The translations under genes and the position numbers were made by a program. DNA of 61,219 nucleotides, from NCBI GenBank assembly GCA_023128415.1, contig JAGMEA010000019.1, positions 1 to 61,219 on the forward strand, given 5' to 3'. The DNA comes from Candidatus Babeliales bacterium (GTDB lineage Bacteria; Babelota; Babeliae; Babelales; UBA12411). The notes under the pieces are model-generated. The model had not been told where the DNA came from, made no database searches, and was given only the letters and a program-made list of their open reading frames with translations. Below are positions 1 through 10,189 of the stretch, one piece after another; within the stretch, counting starts at the first letter, position 1; the number at the start of each line of letters is the position of its first letter.

Positions 1-265
1 TTATATCTCTATCTAAACTAAGGTTGCATTTTTCGCAATTGTAAATCCTCTCAGATAAAGACATATCTTTTATACTTCCACATCGGGAACAACTCTTTGA
101 GCTAGGAAACCACCGATCAATCATTATCACATTCTTACCAGACCACTTTGCCTTATATTTCAGCATCTCTATAAATGAATGCCATCCACAATCACCTATC
201 GATCGTGCAAGTTTGTGATTCTTCATCATTCCTGACACATTCAAATCTTCTATTGCAAAGCTCTT
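1..265 (-). pseudogene. tnpB: C-terminal remnant of an IS200/IS605-family TnpB (OrfB) gene. It runs off the window start, and the N-terminal part is missing or degraded.
   Basis: Own minus-strand translation: KSFAIEDLNVSGMMKNHKLARSIGDCGWHSFIEMLKYKAKWSGKNVIMIDRWFPSSKSCSRCGSIKDMSLSERIYNCEKCNLSLDRDI. This shows IEDLN, KNHKLARSI, a CxxC..CxxC zinc finger and DRD. An in-frame TAA sits at 266-268, and only an out-of-frame scrap (IQYARVHKRALQ) lies upstream. Confidence 0.75.
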
Positions 266-613
266 TTATGGACACGGGCATATTGTATCCTTTCTGTTGG
301 TGATACACCAATTGATATTTTGAAACTTTACATTAAAAAACAAACTATTCTAAAATAATTTCTTCAGACCTATGGTCTTACAGCTATCCATCTCCACCTA
401 AATCAAATAGATTATAGATGGAGAATTCCGCGGTGTCTTGTTAAATGTAGCTACTTAAACACATTTGAGTCTAGACCTCACCCCATTTGAAAAAACTGGC
501 TTAAAATATCACATAAAGTTAAAAATAGAAAAGCCTTATATCTAGCTTTTTTCTCTGCAAAGAACTAAGCTAAAACACTGAGAAAGGTTGAACTATAAAA
601 CAAAGAAGAAAAA

Positions 614-1477
614 ATGTCTCAACTTATACAACTTAGACGCAAAATTAAATCTATTAAAACAACACAAAAAATCACTTATGCTATGCGGCTAATTTCGATG
701 TCATTATACTCCCGACACGAAAAAACAAATGTCCCATTAACCCACTATAGTGAACAACTTGCCAGAACATTTCTTTCGCTGTCTCACCACTCACCAGGTT
801 GGAATAATGAATTACTTTTCCCTAAAGATACCTTAGACTCCACTCCTTTAATAATTATTGTAACTTCATCTAAAGGTCTATGTGGTGGGTTCAATTCAAA
901 TTTGCTAAAATATTTTAAGCAAAATGTTTTTTTTGAAGAACACCAAACCCCAACCTTTATTACTATTGGTTTGCGAGCATTTAATTTTGCAAAACAACAA
1001 AAGCTGCATCCTATTTTAAACCACTATAATGATTTTAATTCAAGAAATTTCAATGCCATCACAGATGCAATAGTAAAACTTATATCGAACAAAGAAAATT
1101 TTTCTTCCATTACCTTTTATAGCAATTTTTTCAAAAGCTTTTTTGTTCAAAGACCAAAAAAAACTCTAATTACTCCTGTCAAAAAAGATTTAGTTGAACT
1201 TTCGGATTATGAAATGGATGATGAGCCAATTTTAGAACAAAATCAAATAGAAATTATGGATTTTCTTGCTATACGTTTTTTAAGAAGCAAAATTTTACAA
1301 ATTTTATTTCAATCGATTTTATCAGAACAAGCGGCCCGCTTTTTAGCAATGGATAATGCTACAACCAATGCAAATAAATTTTTAGAAAAGCTAACTCTTC
1401 AGTACAACAAGGCAAGACAATCTTTAATTACTAAAGAACTATCTGAACTCTCAGCAAGCTTTGGAAAATTTTCTTAA
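614..1477 (+). CDS. atpG: F-type ATP synthase gamma subunit
   Basis: N-terminus LRRKIKSIKTTQKITYAM and C-terminus SEQAARFLAMDNATTNANKFLEKLTLQYNKARQSLITKEL are the hallmark gamma-subunit termini. No atpA or atpD flanks it. Confidence 0.85.
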   Translation: MSQLIQLRRKIKSIKTTQKITYAMRLISMSLYSRHEKTNVPLTHYSEQLARTFLSLSHHSPGWNNELLFPKDTLDSTPLIIIVTSSKGLCGGFNSNLLKYFKQNVFFEEHQTPTFITIGLRAFNFAKQQKLHPILNHYNDFNSRNFNAITDAIVKLISNKENFSSITFYSNFFKSFFVQRPKKTLITPVKKDLVELSDYEMDDEPILEQNQIEIMDFLAIRFLRSKILQILFQSILSEQAARFLAMDNATTNANKFLEKLTLQYNKARQSLITKELSELSASFGKFS

Positions 1478-2808
1478 GAATTTAGGCTTTTATAAAAAGA
1501 AAAAGATTGTTCTTTCTTAGGCCCTTTTGGACCGGCAGTGTCAAACAAAGAGACTTTTCCTCCGAGAAGCATTAGTTTTTCTTCTAATCGATCGTAACCA
1601 CGGTTCCAATGGCTTAGTCCACTTACCTTAGTCTTATTCTCGGCAACCAACCCTGCCAATACTAGTGCGCATGATGCTCTTATATCAGAGGCAATAACAT
1701 CGCTACCATAAAGCTCTTCAACTCCCAAAACGGTAGCCTTCATTCCATTAACTATTATTTGGGCTCCCATTTTCTGCAACTGAGATACATGCATAAAACG
1801 ATTCTCGAAAACAGTTTCTTCAATAATACTTTTTCCTTCAGCAACACATTGAGCTACCATAAATGGTGCTTGTAAATCTGTTGGAAATCCTGGATATGCT
1901 CCAGTTTTAAAATTGACAGCCTTAGGCCTATTAGTTGATTTTAAACTTATGCCAAAACCATCCTTTCCTATAGAAACTGTATGCCCCATTTCCAACAATT
2001 TTTCTAAAAAAATATCCATAGTATAGGCATAAGCTGTTGGCAAATTTATTTCTCCGCCTGTAATGGCTGCCGCAATTAAAAGCGCACCCGCCTCAAGCCG
2101 ATCAACTATCACATCATGTTCTATTGGAAAAAGATTATTAACTCCTTCAACTCGAATAACAGCCCCAGGCTCTATAAAAATTTTTGCGCCCATTTTCTTT
2201 AGAGCATCTACTAAGTCTAAAACTTCCGGTTCCAATGCTGCATTCACTATAGTTATCGTTCCGGCCTGTAAAACTGCAAACATTAAAAAGTTTTCTGTCG
2301 CTCCAACTGAAGGATATTCTAAAATAATTCTTTCATTCATCCTTCTTGGAAAAAATGAAGCATTTAAATATTTTTTATCTTCCTTGAAAATCACACCTAG
2401 TTTTCTAAAACCTTTAATGTGATAATCAATAGGCCTTGCACCAATCAAACAACCGCCGGGAAGAGCAACCCTTGCCTTGTTAAAACAAGCAAGCAATGGG
2501 CCCATCACTAAAATTGATGCACGCATCTTATTCATAACTTCGGGTTTAACTTCATAACGATTAACATTGCTAGTATCAACTTCTAAAATGTTAGTACTTG
2601 GTTCAAATAGAACTTCCGCTCCTAAGTCTTTAAGAAGTGAAATCATTTGCAAAACGTCAGCAGAAGAAGGAACATTTTTTAACGTTGATTTCCCTCTTGT
2701 TAATAACAAAGAAGCCATCATAACAAGAACTGCATTTTTTGCTCCACACAAATCAACTGTTCCTTTAAGTGACAAAGATTTTTCTACAAGTAAATATTCT
2801 TTGGACAT
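1474..2808 (-). CDS. murA: UDP-N-acetylglucosamine 1-carboxyvinyltransferase
   Basis: 444 aa. Typical MurA N-terminus (GTVDLCGAKNAVLVMMASLLLTRGKSTLKNVP) and EPSP-synthase-fold length. Its end overlaps atpG by 4 nt, convergently. Confidence 0.9.
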   Translation of the reverse strand: MSKEYLLVEKSLSLKGTVDLCGAKNAVLVMMASLLLTRGKSTLKNVPSSADVLQMISLLKDLGAEVLFEPSTNILEVDTSNVNRYEVKPEVMNKMRASILVMGPLLACFNKARVALPGGCLIGARPIDYHIKGFRKLGVIFKEDKKYLNASFFPRRMNERIILEYPSVGATENFLMFAVLQAGTITIVNAALEPEVLDLVDALKKMGAKIFIEPGAVIRVEGVNNLFPIEHDVIVDRLEAGALLIAAAITGGEINLPTAYAYTMDIFLEKLLEMGHTVSIGKDGFGISLKSTNRPKAVNFKTGAYPGFPTDLQAPFMVAQCVAEGKSIIEETVFENRFMHVSQLQKMGAQIIVNGMKATVLGVEELYGSDVIASDIRASCALVLAGLVAENKTKVSGLSHWNRGYDRLEEKLMLLGGKVSLFDTAGPKGPKKEQSFSFYKSLNS

Positions 2809-2904
2809 TAGAAAACCTTAACATTACTACCCAAATAAGTAGACTATTCTTAGTACTGAATGCTATTATTAATAATAACCAATTTTATCAACAAATGCAG
2901 CAAT

Positions 2905-3651
2905 ATGTTCAACAAAAAAATTACTTGTATCATACCAGCTCGATTAAATTCTATTCGTTTTCCTAAAAAAATTCTTTCTTCTATTTTAGGAAAACCGATC
3001 CTACAATGGGTTTTCGACGCTGCATCAAAAATAAAAAAATTTGATTCTGTTTTGTTTGCCATTGACTCCGAAGAAACAAAAAAAGTTTTAAAAAGCTTTA
3101 ATGCTCCATATGTAATGACTTCTCAAAATTGTCCTTCTGGAACACACAGACTGATAGAGGTAATGAAAACAAAAATAATAGATAGCGACATCTGGGTGAA
3201 CTGGCAAGCAGATGAACCTTTTATTTCAGAAAAAATGATAAATGATTTGTTAAAATCTTCCAAAAAATCTAAAACTGATGTGTGGACTCTAAAAAAAGAA
3301 ATAATAAATAAACAAGAAATTATTTCACCAAATACTGTCAAAGTAGTAAGTGATTTTAATGACAAAGCGCTTTATTTTTCTAGAAGTCCTATTCCTTACT
3401 ACAGAGAAAAAATAGAACAAGAAAAATATTTTAAGCATATTGGCATCTATGCTTATACAAGGGATGCTCTCAAAGTTATTGATTCGTTATCATCATGCCA
3501 CTTAGAAGATGCAGAAAAACTGGAGCAACTAAGATTTTTATATTATGGTTTAAGAATAAAAGTAAATGAAACAAAATATGAAGCTTTGGGAATTGACACT
3601 GTAGAAGATTTGAAAACAGCAGAAAATTATGCGCGCACTTCTCTTACATAG
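2905..3651 (+). CDS. kdsB: 3-deoxy-manno-octulosonate cytidylyltransferase (CMP-KDO synthetase)
   Basis: ITCIIPARLNSIRFPKKILSSILGKPILQWV and WVNWQADEPF motifs. The start is moved to the internal Met (MFNKK) of ORF 2860-3651. Confidence 0.85.
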   Translation: MFNKKITCIIPARLNSIRFPKKILSSILGKPILQWVFDAASKIKKFDSVLFAIDSEETKKVLKSFNAPYVMTSQNCPSGTHRLIEVMKTKIIDSDIWVNWQADEPFISEKMINDLLKSSKKSKTDVWTLKKEIINKQEIISPNTVKVVSDFNDKALYFSRSPIPYYREKIEQEKYFKHIGIYAYTRDALKVIDSLSSCHLEDAEKLEQLRFLYYGLRIKVNETKYEALGIDTVEDLKTAENYARTSLT

Positions 3652-3660
3652 GAAAGAAGA

Positions 3661-4293
3661 ATGAAACAATTATATAAAGGAAGATTAGAAGTTGTCTGTG
3701 GTTCAATGTTTTCTGGGAAGACAGAAGAACTTTTACGCCGTTTAAAACGTGCAGAGTACGCTAAAAAAAATGTTCTTACTCTCAAGCATCATTTAGATAA
3801 TCGTGCAAGCTACACATGCATAGCCTCTCACAATGGACAAAAGCGAGAAGCCTTTCCAATGGGCGGATCAACTGCAAGAATTAATAAAATATTAGAATTA
3901 GCACAAGATGACGTTGATGTCCTTGGTATAGATGAAATTCAATTCTTTCCTAAAAATATTGTCGATGTTGTAAAAGAACTAATCGATATGGGAAAAACGA
4001 TTATTGTTTCAGGCCTTGATATGGATTTTAGAGGTGAACCTTTTGGAATAATGCCCACCCTACTAGCGTTAGCCGATAACATAACAAAACTAAAAGCTAT
4101 TTGTGTCATTTGTGGAAAAGAAGCTCATAACACCCAAAGAATAATCAATGGTATGCCAGCCAAATACGATGACCCTATTATTTTAGTAGGAGCATCTGAA
4201 TGCTATGAAGCCCGTTGCAGAGATTGTTTTGTAATGAAAAAAGATCCCATGAAAGTTCATACACCACAAACACAAACAATAGCTCAAATCTAA
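3661..4293 (+). CDS. tdk: thymidine kinase
   Basis: GSMFSGKTEELLRRLKR P-loop, IDEIQFF, and a C-terminal zinc-ribbon cysteine pattern (CxxC...C..C). Confidence 0.9.
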   Translation: MKQLYKGRLEVVCGSMFSGKTEELLRRLKRAEYAKKNVLTLKHHLDNRASYTCIASHNGQKREAFPMGGSTARINKILELAQDDVDVLGIDEIQFFPKNIVDVVKELIDMGKTIIVSGLDMDFRGEPFGIMPTLLALADNITKLKAICVICGKEAHNTQRIINGMPAKYDDPIILVGASECYEARCRDCFVMKKDPMKVHTPQTQTIAQI

Positions 4294-4299
4294 AACTAC

Positions 4300-5658
4300 A
4301 TGTCCCAGTTAAGTAAAATAAAACAGATTTACTGTTGTTCAACGTGTGGTCATACAACTGGTAAGTGGTTGGGCCGTTGTCCAAATTGTAATGAATGGAA
4401 TTCTTTTATAGAAAAAAAAGAATCCTTATTATCCAAAACAGATTCTTTTAAAATTTCAAATCCAGCAAAGTTATTCACTTTAGATAAAATTGAATCTGAT
4501 GAATCAGACAGAATGCTTTCTGGAATCAGTGAATGGGATAGAACTCTTGGTGGAGGAATATTACCTGGATCATTTTTAATTTTAACTGGTGATCCGGGAA
4601 TAGGAAAATCAACATTACTTCTACAAATTGCAAACAAAATATCAACACAATACAAAGTAATATATTTTTCTTCAGAAGAATCATTACGACAGGTTCAGGG
4701 GAGAGCAAGAAGATTAAAATGCAACAATACAAAACTTTTATTTTCAGATGAATCTACTTTAGAAAATGTTATTGCAACAGCCTTAGAAGAAAAACCAGAT
4801 CTTTTAATATTAGACTCTATACAAAATTGTAGCATTGAAAAAACACAAACAATTCCTGGAACACCTGCCCAACTTCGTGAATCTGGTTTTCATTTAATGC
4901 GCTTGGCCAAAGAAAATAAAATTTCTATTTTGATAACTGGTCATATAACAAAAGATGGCCACATGGCTGGACCAAAACTTTTAGAACACATGGTTGATGG
5001 TGTTTTTTATTTGCAGGGTGAAGAACGCTGGCAAACAAGAATTTTGCGCTCAGTAAAAAACCGCTTTGGAAATATTAATGAAATTGGTTTTTTTGAAATG
5101 GAAGAATCTGGCCTTGTACCAGTTGAAGACATTAACAAACAATTATTGGAGGAAACTTCAGAGGCACCAGGAGCGGCTTTGATTAGTTACGTTGAAGGCT
5201 CTCGCCCTATTATTTTAGAACTTCAAGCATTATCTGTACCATCTAAATTTGGGGTTCCTCAAAGAGTTGTAACAGGAATAGATCATAAAAGAGTTGTTCT
5301 TATTGCTGCTATTTTAGAAAAATATTTAAAAGTTCGTCTAAGTTCGCACGACATTTTTTTTAAAGTTTCTGGAGGATTTAAAGTAACAGACAGTTCTATT
5401 GATTTGGGAATCGCCCTAGCCCTTTTATCCAGCTACTTTCAAAAGCCAATAAAAGAAAAAGCCGTTTCTATGGCTGAAGTGAGTTTAACAGGACAAATTA
5501 AACCTACTCATCAAGTAAATAGCTGCGTCAAAGAAGTTCAGAAATTTGGAATCAAAAAAATTTTTATAGCAAAAGATCAAAGAATTGAAACTTCCATCAA
5601 AACAACAAGATTTAGAAATGTTTTTGAATTATTAAATTTATTTCCAGAAGATGTTTAA
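4300..5658 (+). CDS. radA: DNA repair protein RadA/Sms
   Basis: N-terminal zinc finger CSTCGHTTGKWLGRCPNC, Walker A GDPGIGKSTLLLQ, KNRFG motif, and a Lon-like C-terminal domain. Confidence 0.9.
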   Translation: MSQLSKIKQIYCCSTCGHTTGKWLGRCPNCNEWNSFIEKKESLLSKTDSFKISNPAKLFTLDKIESDESDRMLSGISEWDRTLGGGILPGSFLILTGDPGIGKSTLLLQIANKISTQYKVIYFSSEESLRQVQGRARRLKCNNTKLLFSDESTLENVIATALEEKPDLLILDSIQNCSIEKTQTIPGTPAQLRESGFHLMRLAKENKISILITGHITKDGHMAGPKLLEHMVDGVFYLQGEERWQTRILRSVKNRFGNINEIGFFEMEESGLVPVEDINKQLLEETSEAPGAALISYVEGSRPIILELQALSVPSKFGVPQRVVTGIDHKRVVLIAAILEKYLKVRLSSHDIFFKVSGGFKVTDSSIDLGIALALLSSYFQKPIKEKAVSMAEVSLTGQIKPTHQVNSCVKEVQKFGIKKIFIAKDQRIETSIKTTRFRNVFELLNLFPEDV

Positions 5659-5678
5659 TAATCTTCTTCATAACAAAA

Positions 5679-7541
5679 TTATTCCACAGTAACAGACTTA
5701 GCTAGATTTCTTGGCTTATCTATTGGGAGACCCAATTCCTTTGCAATTTGATAAACAAAAAACTGCATTAGTCCTATCATGGCCAATGGTACTAACAATG
5801 GTTTAACTTTAGGAATTATAAATGCATAATCTGCCAAGTTAATCAATTCTTCCTGACCATCAAAAGCAAAAACAACTAAATGGCCCAATCTTGCCTTAAC
5901 TTCCTGAGCATTGGCTACAACTTTGTCATAAATAACATCATCTAAAACAGAAAAAAGAATTACTGGAGTTTTATTATCAATTAAAGCAATTGGCCCATGC
6001 TTCAATTCTCCAGAAGGATAACACTGAGCAAAAATATAAGAAACTTCTTTAAGTTTTAATGCTGACTCTAAGGCAAATGGGTAGCTTATATGCCGTCCCA
6101 AGAAAATAAATCTATCAAAACTAGAATAACGAGGAGCTAAATGTTTAATTATCTCATCCTTATAAGTCTCTATAGTTGTCTCTAAAATTTCAGTGGCTAC
6201 TAAAAGATCCTCTTGAGAAATGCGCATTTGCTCTTCAGACATCAAACCTTTTTCCACAGCTAACTTACAAGCCAAATAGTATAGAGAAGCCAACTGACAT
6301 GAAAAAGCCTTAGTAGAAGCTACTGCTATTTCAGGGCCAGCTTGCATCAGAAGAAACCCATCTGATTCGCGAACCATCGTACTTGAAGGAGTATTTGTTA
6401 GAGCAATAGTTGGTATATTACTTTTAGACTTTACAAGCCTCAAAGCTTCTAAAGTATCTGCTGTCTCCCCAGACTGAGAAACCATTATATAAACACTATT
6501 CTCATCCGGAAAAAAGGGCATGTATCTAAACTCAGAAGCAAGATAAACTTTGGTTTGAATTTTGGCTATGGTTTCGAAAAAGAACTGGGCTATTCTAGCA
6601 GCATGCCAAGAAGTTCCTGCACATACCAAGTTAATAGTTTTTAAATTTTTAACCTGACCTAGAGTCAAGCCAAGTTGATCCCAAAAGCTATCCTCTAAAC
6701 CTTCTCCGTTCAAAGAATTATAAAAACGGATAGTTTTATCTATAGCCAATTTTTGCTCATAGATTTCTTTAAGCATATAATGTTCAAAGCCGGATTTTCC
6801 AGTATGAATATAACGAGCGTCAACTTCCCGTGATTCAATTTTCAATGGGTTGTTAGAAAAATCATATAGAGAAATAGAATCTTCTTTAACTAGAGCAAAG
6901 CTATCATCAGGCAAGAATAAAACTTTTTGCGTAATATCAGAAAAAACCAACGGATCAGAAGCAACGAACATTTCACCCTCTCCAATTCCAACAACAACCG
7001 GAGAGCGATGCCTAACAACAATAAGTTGCTCAGGATAATCTTCCATTAAAAAAACTAGGGAATAAGCACCCTCAAGTTGAGACACTAATGCTTTTATCGC
7101 TTGTTTTAAATCATGATGTTCAGCTAGAAGAGATTCAAAAAGATGAGCTATTGTTTCTGTGTCGGTGTCCGAATAAAACTCATGACCCGCAGCTTTTAAT
7201 TTTTTTCGAATCTCATCATAACGCTCTATAATCCCGTTATGAATCACAGCTATACTTTTTTTACAATCGAAATGTGGATGCGCATTTACTTCGTTGGCAA
7301 CTCCATGAGTTGCCCACCTGGTATGCCCCATTCCAATAAATCCGTCATGGGGAGACCCGTTCAATTGGTCTTTAAGAACAGATAAACGCCCCTTGGCTTT
7401 AGAAAAACTTAAATGTTTATGTTGAGAATCAATGCAAACGAATCCAGCAGAATCATAGCCGCGATATTCTAAACGCTGCAATCCCTCCAAAACATACTTT
7501 CTACACTTTTTTTTGCCAATATAGGCCGCTATACCACACAT
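5679..7541 (-). CDS. glmS: glutamine--fructose-6-phosphate aminotransferase
   Basis: MCGI N-terminal nucleophile, two SIS domains, C-terminal KSVTVE, 620 aa. Confidence 0.95.
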   Translation of the reverse strand: MCGIAAYIGKKKCRKYVLEGLQRLEYRGYDSAGFVCIDSQHKHLSFSKAKGRLSVLKDQLNGSPHDGFIGMGHTRWATHGVANEVNAHPHFDCKKSIAVIHNGIIERYDEIRKKLKAAGHEFYSDTDTETIAHLFESLLAEHHDLKQAIKALVSQLEGAYSLVFLMEDYPEQLIVVRHRSPVVVGIGEGEMFVASDPLVFSDITQKVLFLPDDSFALVKEDSISLYDFSNNPLKIESREVDARYIHTGKSGFEHYMLKEIYEQKLAIDKTIRFYNSLNGEGLEDSFWDQLGLTLGQVKNLKTINLVCAGTSWHAARIAQFFFETIAKIQTKVYLASEFRYMPFFPDENSVYIMVSQSGETADTLEALRLVKSKSNIPTIALTNTPSSTMVRESDGFLLMQAGPEIAVASTKAFSCQLASLYYLACKLAVEKGLMSEEQMRISQEDLLVATEILETTIETYKDEIIKHLAPRYSSFDRFIFLGRHISYPFALESALKLKEVSYIFAQCYPSGELKHGPIALIDNKTPVILFSVLDDVIYDKVVANAQEVKARLGHLVVFAFDGQEELINLADYAFIIPKVKPLLVPLAMIGLMQFFVYQIAKELGLPIDKPRNLAKSVTVE

Positions 7542-7563
7542 TATAATTCTAAAAAGTAAAAGA

Positions 7564-7962
7564 TTATCTTTTTACAAACTGAAATTTAGCACGAGCACCT
7601 TTTTGGCCATACTTTTTACGCTCTTTAACGCGAGAATCACAATGTAGAAGTTTTGCTTTTTTAAGAACTAAACGTAAATTGCTGTCATTAACAACAAGTG
7701 CTCTGGACAAACCGAGCTTAACCGCACCAGCCTGGGAAACTATACCACCGCCTTTAACATTAACATCTGCATCAAATTTATTTGATAAACCAACTGTTTT
7801 GAAAGGTAGCAATACCAAATTCCGACTGATATCCGTATCAAAATATTCTGAGTACTTACGTCCATTTACTAAAATTTCACCCTTGCCTGGCTTGATCCAT
7901 ACACGAGCGACAGCGGATTTTCTGCGTCCAACACCATGATTTGCAGAAGTTGTTGTAGCCAT
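7564..7962 (-). CDS. rpsI: 30S ribosomal protein S9
   Basis: GRRKSAVARVWI..., C-terminal ERKKYGQKGARAKFQFVKR. The start is set at the second Met. No rplM lies upstream. Confidence 0.9.
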   Translation of the reverse strand: MATTTSANHGVGRRKSAVARVWIKPGKGEILVNGRKYSEYFDTDISRNLVLLPFKTVGLSNKFDADVNVKGGGIVSQAGAVKLGLSRALVVNDSNLRLVLKKAKLLHCDSRVKERKKYGQKGARAKFQFVKR

Positions 7963-8102
7963 AAAATTCAATTTCCCCAAAATTTAATTAACTTAGTCTA
8001 AATCAATAAGATTCAATTACTCACTGAGACTACAATAGAAGGCAAGATTTGTCAAAAATATAGCCTAAATAACAGAAACTAGAAAACTATATATTATAAA
8101 AA

Positions 8103-8534
8103 TTAGTCACGCACAACATAATTTTTATAAATATTAGACAAAGAGCTACCCTTTAATTCCCAGTCAGGTACGTCAAACTTGTGTGAAACAGCAACTTTGG
8201 TTTTAAACAACTCAACCCTAGCATTTCTATGTGCAATATAAAAAACATAGGCATTTTTTTCACCAACGACGTTTATAAGATAGTGCCCTGGACCACTAAA
8301 AGAAAATGGTACAGTCTGCCCTGCAAGGAAACTAAACGAGCGTATATTTTTCTTATCATTTTCTGTTGCTTCAACAAGCTTCTTTTTTACTTCTTTGACT
8401 CCCTCCAAGTAAACAATTGAGCCGTCCTGGGCCCCTCCTGTTCTATTACTTAATATACAAAGCTCTTGCGATTCTGCCTTCAAACCCACTAACAAAAACA
8501 TAAACCCTGCTAACAAAAAAACTATTTTTTTCAT
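8103..8534 (-). CDS. small secreted hypothetical protein, paralog of 8641-8994
   Basis: Signal peptide MKKIVFLLAGFMFLLVGLKAE. GGGAG lies 5-6 nt before this ATG. It shares GxGHYxIN...Y(I/V)(V/F) with its neighbour. Confidence 0.5.
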   Translation of the reverse strand: MKKIVFLLAGFMFLLVGLKAESQELCILSNRTGGAQDGSIVYLEGVKEVKKKLVEATENDKKNIRSFSFLAGQTVPFSFSGPGHYLINVVGEKNAYVFYIAHRNARVELFKTKVAVSHKFDVPDWELKGSSLSNIYKNYVVRD

Positions 8535-8640
8535 ACTTACTCCCAATTAATCCTATGCCAAATATTTTCACATAACAAAAATTATTAACTCATAAGAGCA
8601 TAGTCTCTATACTTCTATCAACGTGGAAGCCTCTAAATAT

Positions 8641-8994
8641 CTATAAGACGTTTTCATCATATTCAACATGAACAAATTCTTTAAAAAAAACAACTGTAGC
8701 ATTTGGCTTCTTAACAAAAACAATGTAATCGCGTCCTATGTTCTTCATATTAATACGATAATGCCCAGCACCTTTAAATGTAACTTTTCTATTAAAACAT
8801 GGATTTACTATAAATTCTTCACTGCTCGAGTCGTCAAAAAGATTAGTAGGTGATTGTTTTCCATTCATTAAATTTCCTAGAAAAACAACAGATCCACTAA
8901 GAACCTCAAAATCATCATTTGCTATAACAAATAGATCTGCTTTCAACCCCACACTTAAAAGCATAACTCCTATTAACAAAATACTTTTTTTCAT
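8641..8994 (-). CDS. small secreted hypothetical protein, paralog of 8103-8534
   Basis: Signal peptide MKKSILLIGVMLLSVGLKAD. Shared motifs KGAGHYRINM and ATVVFFKE. Confidence 0.5.
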   Translation of the reverse strand: MKKSILLIGVMLLSVGLKADLFVIANDDFEVLSGSVVFLGNLMNGKQSPTNLFDDSSSEEFIVNPCFNRKVTFKGAGHYRINMKNIGRDYIVFVKKPNATVVFFKEFVHVEYDENVL

Positions 8995-9107
8995 TTAAAC
9001 AATCCTACAGATTATAGTGTCGTAACCATCTAGAACCAAATAATAACTAATATTTAAATTAAAAGAGACTAACAATGTTATCAACATTTACAATAAGAAT
9101 GTCTCTC

Positions 9108-9182
<75 letters not shown>

Positions 9183-9183
9183 A

Positions 9184-10011
9184 CTAACTTTCGTGAGTTT
9201 CCTGGCAAGAAATGCAACGTGCCGCATAAGGAGAATGCTCTAGCCTGGTATCAGAAATCGGTTTTCCACAACTTATACAAACCCCGTACTCACCCTTATC
9301 TATTCTTAACAAAGCCTCTTCTATTAACTTAGCTTCGCTAATTTCTGTATTTTGTATAGAACTTTGTAAATTTTCCATATTTAAAGCGGACGCTTCATCG
9401 GCACTATCCATAATCTGACGTTCTCTCTTAGAACCCTCTTCCGACATCTTTTTCAAAAAAGCTGAAAACTCTGCTCTTTTGGATAATAAACGCTCTTTCA
9501 TTTTTCGCAAAAAACTATCTCTATTTTCCATTACACTTTCCTCCCTACCATTTCTTCTCTCCTCAAAGAACCTTTTTAATAAACGGGCACTCTCCTTACT
9601 ACCCAATCCACCTTTTACTAGTAAACCTTCCTTGTATATCGAAAAAGCTTCTTTATTGTCAATACCACATCCAAATAATGGTGAAGAAGCCCCAAAGAAA
9701 ACCGCTTTTAATCTACTAAGATTAATAAGTCCAAAGCACATAAGGCAAGGCTCTAAAGTTACATAAATACTGCAGTCATCTAATCGCCAGTCTCCCCGAA
9801 CCTTACAAGCTTCTGCTATTGCTAAAATTTCAGCATGTCCGATCTGACAACCCATATGCTCAGCACGATTATGCGCACTACTTATAACAGTCCCTTTGTC
9901 ATCAACAATTATAGCACCAACAGGAACTTCTTCCTCACTCAATGCATACTTAGCTTGTTCCAATGCCAAATTCATATAAAATAGATGTTTAATATTGTCT
10001 GTAGCACACAT
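9184..10011 (-). CDS. tadA: tRNA-specific adenosine deaminase (TadA) fused to a C-terminal DksA/TraR-type C4 zinc-finger domain
   Basis: The N-terminal half has HAEILAI ... TLEPCLMC (CDA zinc motifs). The C-terminal half has ...EEALLRIDKGEYGVCISCGKPISDTRLEHSPYAARCISCQ (CxxC-N17-CxxC, DksA-like). It is one uninterrupted 275-aa ORF. Confidence 0.8.
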   Translation of the reverse strand: MCATDNIKHLFYMNLALEQAKYALSEEEVPVGAIIVDDKGTVISSAHNRAEHMGCQIGHAEILAIAEACKVRGDWRLDDCSIYVTLEPCLMCFGLINLSRLKAVFFGASSPLFGCGIDNKEAFSIYKEGLLVKGGLGSKESARLLKRFFEERRNGREESVMENRDSFLRKMKERLLSKRAEFSAFLKKMSEEGSKRERQIMDSADEASALNMENLQSSIQNTEISEAKLIEEALLRIDKGEYGVCISCGKPISDTRLEHSPYAARCISCQETHES

Positions 10012-10189
10012 AATGTTCTAAGATTCCTCTATGTATTTTTAACTATTGTGAAATAAAAGATACAACATAGCAAGAATGCCCTAAAAATACGGTAGTTTTA
10101 ACAAAATCACATTAGTAAAAACAAGGTATCTCTGTTATAATGAAAAGAACTAATCAGAAGCTTTTTTAGAATGGATAAAGGAATTTTAT

